NCBI GenBank assembly: GCA_025360605.1
Contig: JANYBV010000057.1
Location: 2,033-66,032 of the forward strand
Direction of reading: 5' to 3'
Length of the DNA: 64,000 nt
Origin: Alphaproteobacteria bacterium
GTDB lineage: Bacteria; Pseudomonadota; Alphaproteobacteria; Rickettsiales; SXRF01
Made by a program: the position numbers and the translations under genes. The notes beneath the pieces were generated by a model, which saw only the letters and a program-made list of their open reading frames with translations, was not told where the DNA came from and made no database searches. Below are positions 49,307 through 59,175 of this stretch, piece by piece. The stretch's first letter is position 1; each line of letters begins with the position of its first letter.

Positions 49307-49738
49307 ATGTCCGAATTGACCGATAAGCAGAAAGCCTTCGTACTGGACTACGCCAGTAACGGCGGAAACGCCACGGCGGCGGCTAAGAGCGCCGGTTACA
49401 GCGAGAAATCAGCCCATGAGCAGGGCAGGCAAAACCTTGAGATTCCGCATGTGCAGGACGCTATCCACCGGGAGCTAATGCGTCAGCGTTTCCGCTCCGG
49501 CGCGGTCGGCATTAATGTCCTGATTCAGATTGCCAACAATGAAAAAACTCCCGCCGCTGCCCGTGTGTCGGCGGCACGGACGCTGCTTGAACATGCTGGC
49601 CTGGTGGGTGCGGCAAAAGAAATGACGGAAGCCCGCACCGCCGCCGACGATCAGGCCGGACGTGTTATCGATTATACTGAAATCCTCAAACAGATTGGTC
49701 AGGCTGGCCGGGGTGATTTATGGCCCGCCGTACACTAA
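49307..49738 (+). CDS. terS: Terminase small subunit
   Basis: LTDKQKAFV..Y...GNATAAA..AGYSEKSA...G..NL..P.V..AI HTH signature. Confidence 0.85.
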   Translation: MSELTDKQKAFVLDYASNGGNATAAAKSAGYSEKSAHEQGRQNLEIPHVQDAIHRELMRQRFRSGAVGINVLIQIANNEKTPAAARVSAARTLLEHAGLVGAAKEMTEARTAADDQAGRVIDYTEILKQIGQAGRGDLWPAVH

Positions 49739-50052
49739 AGCCATTCGCGGAGAAAACCGTCTCTGAGATGAATAATGAAGAATTGCGTAAATACATGGAA
49801 AAGGCGAGCGGCCTTCCAAGCCCACCAGATAATGCGTCTCAAGAAACGTTCGAGAAATATTTCGTCGCCTACGTTTTCATGATTGCCATTAGAAACCGTA
49901 AAGATAAGGCTGCGGCAGGCATTTGGGCGGCTAATACTCTCTTGGAAGATTCTGCTTATCAGGGAATGCTCCCGCACATTGAAGAGGCGTTTGGCAGGAA
50001 GCTGGCGCCGGAGGAAATAGCGGCGCGGCATATTGTTTCGATTCAGGATTGA
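49720..50052 (+). CDS. Hypothetical protein coupled to terS
   Basis: Overlaps terS end by 19 nt; no motif. Confidence 0.55.
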   Translation: MARRTLKPFAEKTVSEMNNEELRKYMEKASGLPSPPDNASQETFEKYFVAYVFMIAIRNRKDKAAAGIWAANTLLEDSAYQGMLPHIEEAFGRKLAPEEIAARHIVSIQD

Positions 50053-50660
50053 TTATGATGAGTTGAGGCGATTGCCTTCCTAACCGCTCTTAAACACCTT
50101 GCGCGCCTATCTCGCGGTTTTTGATTCCAGCGCACATTCGCGTCATTCAGTCCTGTATTTAGCTGGCGCTGCTCAAGCCATGCCTCTCTAAAACCCAGCT
50201 CTTTTATCCAGTTTTTTATCGAATTATAATCAGCACCGCAGGCTATTTGAATTTGGTTGGGAATACCGCGTGGTAAAGGCTCTCCTATAGGCCATTCGCT
50301 TACTAATTCCGCTGCTTTTCTAACAGCTATTTGATATTGTTTTGTCGAGTCAGTATGCTGCTTGTCTTTCCGGTAAGGAGATTTAATTACAAGAGCAGTT
50401 TCTTTGGAGAATGCTCCGTCAGATTGCTTGGTTTTACGGTATTCTGCCGTTCGAATTCCAAGTTGGATTAATCTTACCAAGGATCGCGGTGGAGATATTC
50501 CTATATCACAGCATTGTTTTATCGCGTTGCTCACCCAGAGATTTTGCGAAGCTGTAGGGTATTTCTCTGCGGTAATGCAACCATCTAAAAAGATTTTCGC
50601 CTTTGCTTCCATTGCAAGCCATTCAGGTGATGCGGCAATACCGAGTGGATCAATAGTCAT
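50043..50660 (-). CDS. Hypothetical protein coupled to integrase
   Basis: ATGA overlap with integrase stop; basic and helical. Confidence 0.6.
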   Translation of the reverse strand: MTIDPLGIAASPEWLAMEAKAKIFLDGCITAEKYPTASQNLWVSNAIKQCCDIGISPPRSLVRLIQLGIRTAEYRKTKQSDGAFSKETALVIKSPYRKDKQHTDSTKQYQIAVRKAAELVSEWPIGEPLPRGIPNQIQIACGADYNSIKNWIKELGFREAWLEQRQLNTGLNDANVRWNQKPRDRRARCLRAVRKAIASTHHNQS

Positions 50661-51901
50661 TCCTGCCCCACTAATATCGGCAGTTTGACCACCTTTTCCC
50701 TCTCCTGTTTCCGCTGTAATGCCGCGTTTTCAAACATGACGCCGAAGCGGGTGGTTGCATCCCGGAGCGGATCGTCGGCAAGGTGAGCATAACGGGCGGT
50801 GGTGGAGGTTTGTGTATGGCCTAGCAGGCGGCCTACGATTGGCAGGCTCAGGCCGCTCGATACCAGATGCGAGGCGAAGGAATGACGGAGGTCATGGATA
50901 CGCACCTCAGCAAGCTCGGCTTTTTTACATACGTCTTCCCATGTCCGGCGTATTTCTTGTAATGGCTTTCCTGCGGCATCGCCGGGGAAAATGTGAGGGA
51001 TACCTACTATGCGTTGTTCGTGCATCTTGGTAAGCAGGGCAAGCGCTGGTGGGCTTAACGGGACGTGTTCAGTTTTCTTCTGCTTTGTATGCGCAGAAGG
51101 CTTGCGCCATACGCCACGCTCGAAATCTATATCTTCCCATTTGGCGGTCAGGACTTCGCCTTTGCGGGCGCCGGTCAGGAGTAGTAAGCGCAGGGCGTTT
51201 ACAGAGCGTTCGTTAGCATGTTTGTCGAGTTCCTCACATAACCGGCCTATTTCGCTTGATGACAACCAGCGGTCGCGCTTCTGCTCATGATAGCGTTCGA
51301 TACCTTTGACAGGGTTGGAGTCGCACCATTCCCACTGCATCGCTAGCGAAAACATTTTGCTTAATAGGGCCAATACCCGATTTGCCCGGTACGGAGTATC
51401 GATAAGAGCGCGGTGCATTTCATGGATATGACCGCCGGTAATCGATGCCACCTTAAGGTTGCCTATGTGGGGGATTACGATTTGCTCCAAAGTGCTTTTA
51501 TCTATCCGGGCAGAATCAGGCCGCTTCTTTGGAAAGGCGTGCTTTTCAAGGTATTCATTAGCTAACTGCTCTACCGTCGCGGCCTTATAGGCGCGTTCCT
51601 TGGCCTCCAGAGGATCAAATACCTCCGAAGGATCGAACTTGTTTTTGCTGCCGGTTATCTTGCCTTTTATTTCTTGCGCCCGTGCCCGCGCTGCCGTGGT
51701 ATTGAAGCCGGGAGATGGGCCGAATTCTCCGATAGTGTAACGGCGCTCCAGCCCATTGATGGTATAACGCAGCACAAACGCCTTATGGCCGGATGCGGTG
51801 ATGCGGATGCCTAGCCCTGTAATCTCATCATCCCAATAAACGCGATTGGCCTTGGCTGGGAGAGACAATGAGCGAATAAGTTTGTCGGTGATAATGGGCA
51901 T
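50657..51901 (-). CDS. int: Tyrosine recombinase/integrase with N-terminal arm-binding domain
   Basis: WD.EI.GLGIRI...G.K arm domain; TGARKGE, HDLRHSFAS, LLGH, T.RYAHL. Confidence 0.95.
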   Translation of the reverse strand: MPIITDKLIRSLSLPAKANRVYWDDEITGLGIRITASGHKAFVLRYTINGLERRYTIGEFGPSPGFNTTAARARAQEIKGKITGSKNKFDPSEVFDPLEAKERAYKAATVEQLANEYLEKHAFPKKRPDSARIDKSTLEQIVIPHIGNLKVASITGGHIHEMHRALIDTPYRANRVLALLSKMFSLAMQWEWCDSNPVKGIERYHEQKRDRWLSSSEIGRLCEELDKHANERSVNALRLLLLTGARKGEVLTAKWEDIDFERGVWRKPSAHTKQKKTEHVPLSPPALALLTKMHEQRIVGIPHIFPGDAAGKPLQEIRRTWEDVCKKAELAEVRIHDLRHSFASHLVSSGLSLPIVGRLLGHTQTSTTARYAHLADDPLRDATTRFGVMFENAALQRKQEREKVVKLPILVGQE

Positions 51902-51903
51902 GT

Positions 51904-52048
51904 CTGTGTCCGTCCTGTGTCCGCCGTGTCCGTATTTTCAGATGCTGTGTCCGTGCATTTTCGTGAATCATAATCAATTGGTCGCTTTATAATGTCAATT
52001 GAAAATAGATGCTTATAAATTCAAAATACACGGACATGAACCGGACAC
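51904..52048. repeat. Putative integrase arm-type sites, right end
   Basis: GTGTCCG at 51906, 51917, 51926, 51947; inverted CGGACA(C) at 52031 and 52042. Confidence 0.7.
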
Positions 52049-52062
52049 AATCGGCAGGATTG

Positions 52063-52112
52063 GACTCTTAATCAATAGGTCGCTGGTTCGATCCCAGCAC
52101 GGCCCACCATTT
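52063..52112 (+). repeat. attR: displaced 3' half of tRNA-Lys
   Basis: 48/50 identical to 43373-43422, starting in the anticodon arm. Confidence 0.93.
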
Positions 52113-52220
52113 CCCTCAATAGTTTATACTGAAACTGACCATTTCAGCACTCTGGCGGCCTTACTTGTATTTGAGTAAAAAACTGCCTGACATCTAGGGG
52201 TATAACCGGATCGGTCAAGA

Positions 52221-53561
52221 TTAATGCGCCTCCTGAGCGTGAGCTAACAGACCGCTACCGGTCTTGTAATTGAGTACAGCGCGATTGATTAAGTATTCAT
52301 AGGTTGCGTTCGCACCTTCGATCTGTGCCTGCGTCTGGCTTAGCTGCGCCTGACTTAAATCGACGATGGAGCTGCTACCGATATTGTAACGCTCCTGCGT
52401 CAGGTCGAGTGCTTCATCGGCATTTTTCACCAGTTCCTTCGTCACGCGGATGTTTTCCCATGCGGTCTGCACGTTGCCGAAGGCAATGCGTATATCACGC
52501 AGGAGCTGGTTTTTAAGCGTGATCATGTCCTGCTGCGCGATATCGGCTTTGTCGGTAGCCTCATGCTCTATCGCCGACAGCCTGCCGCCGGTATAAAACG
52601 GGATGCTGACATTGATGCCACCTGCCAGTGAATGCGAGCTGATCGGCTGGCTGTTTTCGCTGATTGGCGTACTGCCCGCATAGCCCAGCGCGCTGACGGT
52701 TGGGTAATGCGCTTCTGCCTCGGCTTCAGCACGTTTTTTCGCCGCATTCGCCTGTGCTTTAAGTGATGCTAGTTCAGGATTCTTATCCATCGCCTGATCT
52801 ACCAGTGTATTGAGATTGGCGGGTGGGGGAGCCATATCGGTATGCTTGGCCAACGTGAAGGTTCGTAACTCGCTATAGCCCAGCGCTTCCGAAAGCGTTG
52901 CCTGCGCATCATCGACGCCGCTTCTCGCCTTGAGCAGCAATAGATTGGCTTCGGCCACCACTTGGTTGGCGATACTGACATCGAGATTGGATTTCAGCTT
53001 GGCATGACGCAGCGAGGAGATTTGTTCCAGAAAGGTTTTACGCGCCTTGACGGTGGTTTGCGCCACCTTCAGCAGCGCCTGCGCACGTAGCAGGTTGAAA
53101 TAGCTTCGCGTGGCATCAAGCAGCACCGTTTCCTTCGTCAGGTTGCCTCGCGCTTTTTGCGCCTCCAGCTCCAGCTTCGAGGATTCGATCAGGTCGCTGG
53201 TACGCCCAAAATCAGTAATGAGCTGACTGGCGCTGATTCCCGCGGAACCACGGTCGAGCACCAGCGGATTGTTCAAGCCTCCCGGAGCGCTTATGCGCGT
53301 ACTCTGACCGGCGAAGGCGCGGACGGCATTGCCCGTCACCTGCGGCAGGTAATAGGAACGCTGTACTTTGACATGTTGCTTGGCAGCCTTGGTCTCGGCT
53401 TCGGCGGCAAGTATCTGCGGGTAATTTTGTAAGGCGATGCGTTGCGCATCTTCCAAGGTGAGTTGCTGCGGAGCTGTATCATCGACAGAGGAATCAGCGG
53501 CAATGGCGTTCACTCCCCACAGCATTCCGGATATTATAACGATAGAAAACCAGCGGATCAT
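52221..53561 (-). CDS. TolC-family outer membrane efflux protein
   Basis: Signal peptide, LTLEDA..IALQN.P, two OEP repeats, ERY.IG.SSIVDL. Confidence 0.9.
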   Translation of the reverse strand: MIRWFSIVIISGMLWGVNAIAADSSVDDTAPQQLTLEDAQRIALQNYPQILAAEAETKAAKQHVKVQRSYYLPQVTGNAVRAFAGQSTRISAPGGLNNPLVLDRGSAGISASQLITDFGRTSDLIESSKLELEAQKARGNLTKETVLLDATRSYFNLLRAQALLKVAQTTVKARKTFLEQISSLRHAKLKSNLDVSIANQVVAEANLLLLKARSGVDDAQATLSEALGYSELRTFTLAKHTDMAPPPANLNTLVDQAMDKNPELASLKAQANAAKKRAEAEAEAHYPTVSALGYAGSTPISENSQPISSHSLAGGINVSIPFYTGGRLSAIEHEATDKADIAQQDMITLKNQLLRDIRIAFGNVQTAWENIRVTKELVKNADEALDLTQERYNIGSSSIVDLSQAQLSQTQAQIEGANATYEYLINRAVLNYKTGSGLLAHAQEAH

Positions 53562-56500
53562 GCTTCACCTCGCTTTTGGTACACCAGCAAATACGCCACC
53601 GGAACGATAAATACGGTGATAATCACAGAAAAAGTCAGCCCGCCGATAATCACCCTCGCCAGCGATGCATAGGCTTCCGAACCGGCGCCAAGAGCCAGCG
53701 CCATGGGGATCAGGCCAATGATGGTAGCCAGCGATGTCATCAGCACTGGGCGCAAACGCACGCGGCAGGCAACGGCGACCGCTTCCTTGAGCGGCGTACC
53801 TTCCTCGATCAGGCGATGGGTGAATTCAACGATAAGAATTGAATTGGAGACGGAAATACCAACCAGCATCACCACACCCATCAGCGACATGACGTTAAGC
53901 GTCGTGCCGGTGATTAGCAGCGTCAGCAGTACACCGGTAATACCTGGTGGCACGGCGAGTAGGATAATGACCGGATCGATGAAGGATTTGAACTGCGCCA
54001 CCAACACAAGATAGACGAGCAATACCGCCAGCAACAATCCTGCACCAAAGCTGTTAAAGGACGTGTGCATCGCCTCCACCGAACCGCGCACATTGATGCG
54101 CTCGTTTTCCGATAATTTGGTACCCTCGATAATTTTATCGATGGCGCTGGCCGTGCGGCTTAAATCCTCCGGCTTGGTGGCCACGTAAATATCGACCATG
54201 CGGCGAATCTGGTAATGGCTCACGACGCTTGGCGACTGGATATTTTTGATATCGACCACGTTATCCAGCCGCGTGGAGTTTTTGATACCGGGGCCGCGAA
54301 TGGGAATGGCTTTCAGGTCTTCCAGCGACTTGATCGTATTCTCCGGATATTGCACAGTGAAGAAATACGGATTGCCACTTTTGGGGTCGTTCCAGTAACT
54401 CGGTGCAAGCATCTGGTTGGACACCAGCGCGGTGATGATGTTACCAATGATTTCCTTCTGGCTCAGCCCCAACTCGCTGGAATGGATGCGGTTGACGTCG
54501 AGTTTATAAGCAGGCGCATCAATATCCTGCGGAATGAACACATCGCTGACGCTGCTTATGCTGCGGATTTTTTGCGCCAGTTCGGTGGCCGTTTTGAAAT
54601 CCTCCGGCAGGTTCGAGCCGCTGACCTGAATATCAATTGGTGCGGGCATGCCCATATTAAGCACTGCGTCCACCAGCCCGCCGGTTTGGAAATAGGCGGT
54701 CACTTCGGGCACTTCCTCCGCCAAAGCATGGCGCACTTTTGCCATGTATTCATAGCTGCCAGTGGCATGGCCTTCCCGAAGGCTTACCTGAATGAAGGCG
54801 TTATGGGAGGCGTTGTTGCTGGTGTACATAGCGGAAAAACCCGGCGTTATGCCGATATTGGCCATGATAACGTCGCGCTCATTCTCTGGTACAATGCGGC
54901 GGATAATGTCCTCGACCTTGGCCACTTCTTTTTCGGTTTCCTCTACTCGCGTGCCGCTTGGTGCTTTGATATTAATTATGAACTGGCTGGGGTCGGTGCG
55001 GGGGAAATAGGAAAATCCGAGCAGCGGGTAAATAGCGAGGCTCACGACGAACAGGCCAAGCAGCAGTGTCAGCGTAAAAGCCGGTGCCTCCAGCGCCCTG
55101 CCTGCCCAATGATCGTAGCGCACCAGTAACCACTCGAATTTTGCATTAAACCAGTGATTGAATCGTGCGAATGGACCATGCTGTTGCGGTGGCATTTCAT
55201 GCATGTGCGCATGGCCTTTGATGTATTTGGCGCAAAATAGTGGCACCACCGTCATCGCCACCACATACGAGGCGAAAAGAGCAATGACCACGGAGAGCGC
55301 CAGCGCAGAGAATAAATAACGGCTGACACCGTAAAGAAAAGTCACCGGAAAGAATACGATGGCGGTGGTAAGTGTTGCCGCCAACACCGGCAGCGCCACT
55401 TCGCGCCCGCCGGTTTCCGCCGCCGTTTGCGGATCTTTGCCTAATTCCAAATGGCGGAAGATATTTTCCAGCACCACCACCGAATTGTCGATAAGCCGAG
55501 AAAACGCCAGTGCCAGCCCGCCCAGAATCATGGAGTTGACCGAGTTGCCACACAGCGCCAGCACGATGAAGGTCGTCATCACCGAGAGGGGAATAGAAAA
55601 TAATACGCCGAGCGTGGCGCGTAACGAACCCAAGAAAATCAAAATCATCAGGCCAGTCAGCACCAGCCCGATTGCACCTTCATGCAGCAGGTTTTCAATG
55701 GCCTGCTTGACGAAAATGGATTGGTCGAACACCACTTTCGTCACCAGTTGTTTCGGCACATCGAGCAGGTTGGCCACAGTCTGCTTCACCCCATCGACGA
55801 TGGCGATGGTGTTGGAATCACCGCCCTGTTTCAATACCGGCAGATACACCGAATCCTGCCCATCCACACGCACGATATTATACTGAATCTGCGTACCGTC
55901 CTTAGCGTAGCCGACATCACCTACAGTAACCGAGGAATTGCCTACTGTTTTGAGTGGCACACCGTTGATTTCCTTCACTGTGTTGAGCTGATTATTGGTG
56001 AATATATTATAATCGAACGGCCCTACTTTTACGTCTCCGGCAGGCAGGATGAGGTTGGATTCATTGATGGCACGCACCACATCCATCACCGAAAGCTGGT
56101 TGGCTTCCAGTTTCAGCGGATCGACATAGACCATGATCTGGCGGTAGCGCCCACCGAACGGCGGCGGAATGGACGCACCGGGGATGCTGGCCAACTGGTT
56201 ACGGATGACAAACTGGCCGTAATCACGTAGCTCAGATTCATTTAGTCCCGCCGCTTTCAGCGTAATCAGGCATACCGGCAAGCTGGAAGCGTCGAATTTC
56301 AATACCACGGGCGGCAATGTGCCGGGAGGTAGCGAGCGCAGATTCGCCATGGCGAGGTTAGAGATGCCGGAAGCCGCCGCATCGGGATTGGTTCCGGGCT
56401 GGAAGGTGATTTTGATCAGGCTCACGCCGGGAAGCGATTTTGATTCGATGCGGTCGATGCCGCTGCCCAGCGTGAAAAAGCGCTCGGACGGGCTGGTGAT

Positions 56501-56680
56501 TGACGCCTCCACCTGTTCGGCGGGCATGCCGGAATAGAGTGTCATAACAACGACGGTCGGGATTTTAATGTCGGGAAACAGATCGACCGGCATGCGCAGC
56601 AGGCTGGATACGCCAACCACGCAGGCTATCAGGCAGCAAACGACGATGAAGTAGGGATAGAGGAGAGAAAAACGTGACAT
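53558..56680 (-). CDS. RND efflux permease
   Basis: MPVDLFPDI, ENIFRH, RLRPVLMT; 1040 aa with RND topology. Confidence 0.92.
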   Translation of the reverse strand: MSRFSLLYPYFIVVCCLIACVVGVSSLLRMPVDLFPDIKIPTVVVMTLYSGMPAEQVEASITSPSERFFTLGSGIDRIESKSLPGVSLIKITFQPGTNPDAAASGISNLAMANLRSLPPGTLPPVVLKFDASSLPVCLITLKAAGLNESELRDYGQFVIRNQLASIPGASIPPPFGGRYRQIMVYVDPLKLEANQLSVMDVVRAINESNLILPAGDVKVGPFDYNIFTNNQLNTVKEINGVPLKTVGNSSVTVGDVGYAKDGTQIQYNIVRVDGQDSVYLPVLKQGGDSNTIAIVDGVKQTVANLLDVPKQLVTKVVFDQSIFVKQAIENLLHEGAIGLVLTGLMILIFLGSLRATLGVLFSIPLSVMTTFIVLALCGNSVNSMILGGLALAFSRLIDNSVVVLENIFRHLELGKDPQTAAETGGREVALPVLAATLTTAIVFFPVTFLYGVSRYLFSALALSVVIALFASYVVAMTVVPLFCAKYIKGHAHMHEMPPQQHGPFARFNHWFNAKFEWLLVRYDHWAGRALEAPAFTLTLLLGLFVVSLAIYPLLGFSYFPRTDPSQFIINIKAPSGTRVEETEKEVAKVEDIIRRIVPENERDVIMANIGITPGFSAMYTSNNASHNAFIQVSLREGHATGSYEYMAKVRHALAEEVPEVTAYFQTGGLVDAVLNMGMPAPIDIQVSGSNLPEDFKTATELAQKIRSISSVSDVFIPQDIDAPAYKLDVNRIHSSELGLSQKEIIGNIITALVSNQMLAPSYWNDPKSGNPYFFTVQYPENTIKSLEDLKAIPIRGPGIKNSTRLDNVVDIKNIQSPSVVSHYQIRRMVDIYVATKPEDLSRTASAIDKIIEGTKLSENERINVRGSVEAMHTSFNSFGAGLLLAVLLVYLVLVAQFKSFIDPVIILLAVPPGITGVLLTLLITGTTLNVMSLMGVVMLVGISVSNSILIVEFTHRLIEEGTPLKEAVAVACRVRLRPVLMTSLATIIGLIPMALALGAGSEAYASLARVIIGGLTFSVIITVFIVPVAYLLVYQKRGEA

Positions 56681-57763
56681 CTATTTTTCACCGACCAATT
56701 TAGGGATGACTTTCATGCCGACGGCGAGCGATCCCCGACTGCCGAATATCACCTGCTCACCTTCATTCAGCCCTTGCATGATTTCCACCTTATCCGGCGT
56801 TTGCAACCCTACGGTAACGGGGCGTTCCTCGATTTCATCCTGCCCGTTCACCAGCCAGACATTGGGCTTATCCCCCATCGTTACTGCCTGCACCGGAAGC
56901 GCCAAAACATTGTTCTTTTGTTCCAGATCAATCACCGCCGTCGCATACATGCCAGGAGTGATGCGTAAATCCTTATTGTCGATATCGACCTCGGTTTCCA
57001 TAGTGCGGGTATTGTCGCTGATGTTGCCGGTAGTGCGCACGACTTTAGCCGGAATCACCTGTCTTGTTGACTGCACCGTAACCTGTACCGGTGTTCCAAC
57101 ATGAATCTGCGGCACCGCCGCCTCCGGTACGGGGAAATCAAGCCGCAGCAAAGTATTCTCCGCGATATGCACCAGCGGCAGCGTTTGCGTACTGGAACTG
57201 GTGCTGGCCTGAATCAGCGCACCGGGATCGACATAACGCTTAGTAACAATGCCATCGAACGGTACGGTGATAGTAGCATAGTCGAGCAGGGTTTTTGCAT
57301 GCTCCATATTCGCCTTGGCGATTTCATACGTGGCCTGCGCCTTATCGACCTCAGCCTGCGCCAGTAAGCCGGGCTTACGTTTTATCACTTCGCTTATGCG
57401 GTCGTAATCCAGCTTGGCGTTGTGATAATCGGCAGTGGTACGGTTGATATCGTCTTTCAGTTCCGGTATTTCCAGCGTGGCAATGACCTGACCGGCCTTC
57501 ACCTGATCGCCTATATCGACGGTAATGCTCTTTAGATAACCAGCGACCTTGGCATGCAGATCAGCCTCAGCATAAGGGCGGAATTCAGCAGAAAGCGTGA
57601 TGCGGCTGGCTAAGTCGCCGCGTTTGGCGATAGTGACCGCAGCGGGTCTTGTATCGGAAGTTTTTTCAGCCGCCTGAGAACTCGATCCGGTTGCTTTGTA
57701 CAAAGTAAGGAAAGCCGTTGCCGACGCCAGAAGAATCATGCAGGTTTTCTTGCGTATTCTCAT
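56681..57763 (-). CDS. RND periplasmic adaptor
   Basis: AKVAGYL..I.VDIGD.VK.GQ, PFDGIVT.R.VDPG, PGMYA. Confidence 0.92.
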   Translation of the reverse strand: MRIRKKTCMILLASATAFLTLYKATGSSSQAAEKTSDTRPAAVTIAKRGDLASRITLSAEFRPYAEADLHAKVAGYLKSITVDIGDQVKAGQVIATLEIPELKDDINRTTADYHNAKLDYDRISEVIKRKPGLLAQAEVDKAQATYEIAKANMEHAKTLLDYATITVPFDGIVTKRYVDPGALIQASTSSSTQTLPLVHIAENTLLRLDFPVPEAAVPQIHVGTPVQVTVQSTRQVIPAKVVRTTGNISDNTRTMETEVDIDNKDLRITPGMYATAVIDLEQKNNVLALPVQAVTMGDKPNVWLVNGQDEIEERPVTVGLQTPDKVEIMQGLNEGEQVIFGSRGSLAVGMKVIPKLVGEK

Positions 57764-59175
57764 GCTGCCTGCTCTTGCGTATTCATAATTAAGGGCAATT
57801 CCACCGTGACTGTCGTGCCATGGCCTTCCTTGCTCGCTATTTTGATATCCCCTCCATGCGCATGAACGATGGAATGTACGATGGCGAGTCCAAGCCCTGC
57901 GCCACCCATTTCGTGTGATCGCGCCTTGTCGGTGCGATAGAAACGCTCGAAGACATGTGGCAGCGCCTTAGCCGGAATGCCGATACCGTCATCGTAGATT
58001 TCCAATACGGCCTTTTGTTGCATCGCCGCTGTTTTTAACCATATATTCCCATCGGCGGTCGTATATTTGATCGCATTATCCAACAGATTGACGATGATCT
58101 GCTTGATTCGTTCTGAATCGCCATGCACCCATACCGGCTCCACCGCCTCAACATGCAGGGCAATATGCTTTACCTCGGCCAGCAATGCCATCTGCTCGGC
58201 GATATTCTGCGCCATGGCCGCCAGATCGCATGACGCATACTCCATCTGCACTTCTCCGGCATCGAGGCGGGAAATGGTAAATAAACTGGTGGTAATGCGC
58301 GACAGGCGCTCGATTTCTTCCAGAACGCTGCCAATTTTTTCCTGCCAGTTGAGCGCCTCCCCCTTGTCATGCAGCAACGCTTCCAACTCGCCGCGCATGA
58401 TGGTCAGCGGCGTGCGTAGTTCATGGCTCGCATCGGCAGAGAAGCGTTTAGCCTGATCGTAGGCGACTTCCAGACGATCGAGCATCTGGTTGAGGGTGAC
58501 AGACAGATGTTCCAGTTCGTCGCCGGTGGTGGCAACCGGCAGGCGATTGCTTAAATTGCCGAAGGTAATCTGCTCGGCGGTGAAGCGTATGTTCTCTACC
58601 GGCTGCAATGCTCGATTGACCAGCCTGTACCCGCCGCCGGAGACGAGGAGGATAATCACCGGCAGGCCGTAAAGCAGCGTCATCAGCAGGTTGTGCAGCG
58701 TCTGCTCGATATCGTTGGTCGGTACGCCCATCTCGACCAGATAGGTTTTTCCACCTGCTTCCGCCTTGGTCGCAGTAATCAGTATATCGTTGCCATAGGA
58801 AAGCGATTCGATACGCGAGGCTGGCGGATCGCCTTTGATTAAAGCAATATCATTAGGATTGAATCTCCCATCATGTGGCACTCCCGACACATAGAGGATG
58901 GAACCGTCAGGATTCAATATACGAATGAAGCGATTATTTGCCTCAGGCGTATAAACAGAGTGAATCTGACTGGCGATGGCGGTAGGATTAAAGTTATCCA
59001 CCAACATATTCGCATCGATCTGCTGGGCGCGATGGGTCAGTGTGTGCTCCATATCGGCATAGAGCTGCTGGCGCAAGCCGTGATAGGTATAGAAGGCGAA
59101 GGCCAATAATACGACAACAATAAGGCAGCTATACCAGACGATCAGGCGGAACTGTATGGAGCGAGCATTGATCAT
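57760..59175 (-). CDS. HAMP sensor histidine kinase (CusS/CzcS-like)
   Basis: Two TM helices, HAMP, FSADASHELRTPL, NLLDNAIKY, D.G.GI, G.GLGL. Confidence 0.92.
   Translation of the reverse strand: MINARSIQFRLIVWYSCLIVVVLLAFAFYTYHGLRQQLYADMEHTLTHRAQQIDANMLVDNFNPTAIASQIHSVYTPEANNRFIRILNPDGSILYVSGVPHDGRFNPNDIALIKGDPPASRIESLSYGNDILITATKAEAGGKTYLVEMGVPTNDIEQTLHNLLMTLLYGLPVIILLVSGGGYRLVNRALQPVENIRFTAEQITFGNLSNRLPVATTGDELEHLSVTLNQMLDRLEVAYDQAKRFSADASHELRTPLTIMRGELEALLHDKGEALNWQEKIGSVLEEIERLSRITTSLFTISRLDAGEVQMEYASCDLAAMAQNIAEQMALLAEVKHIALHVEAVEPVWVHGDSERIKQIIVNLLDNAIKYTTADGNIWLKTAAMQQKAVLEIYDDGIGIPAKALPHVFERFYRTDKARSHEMGGAGLGLAIVHSIVHAHGGDIKIASKEGHGTTVTVELPLIMNTQEQAA

Larger units (their letters stand above)
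43373..52112. mobile_element. Integrated phage-satellite-like (PICI-like) element, ~8.7 kb
   Basis: 50-bp att repeats (43373-43422 and 52063-52112); integrase, AlpA, primase/helicase, iterons, TerS; no capsid, tail or large terminase genes. Confidence 0.85.

Noticed and set aside
54215-56230. Long antisense ORFs (304, 175, 182 aa) over the RND gene, and similar shadows elsewhere
   Set aside because: Shadow frames from codon bias in well-supported genes; no motifs
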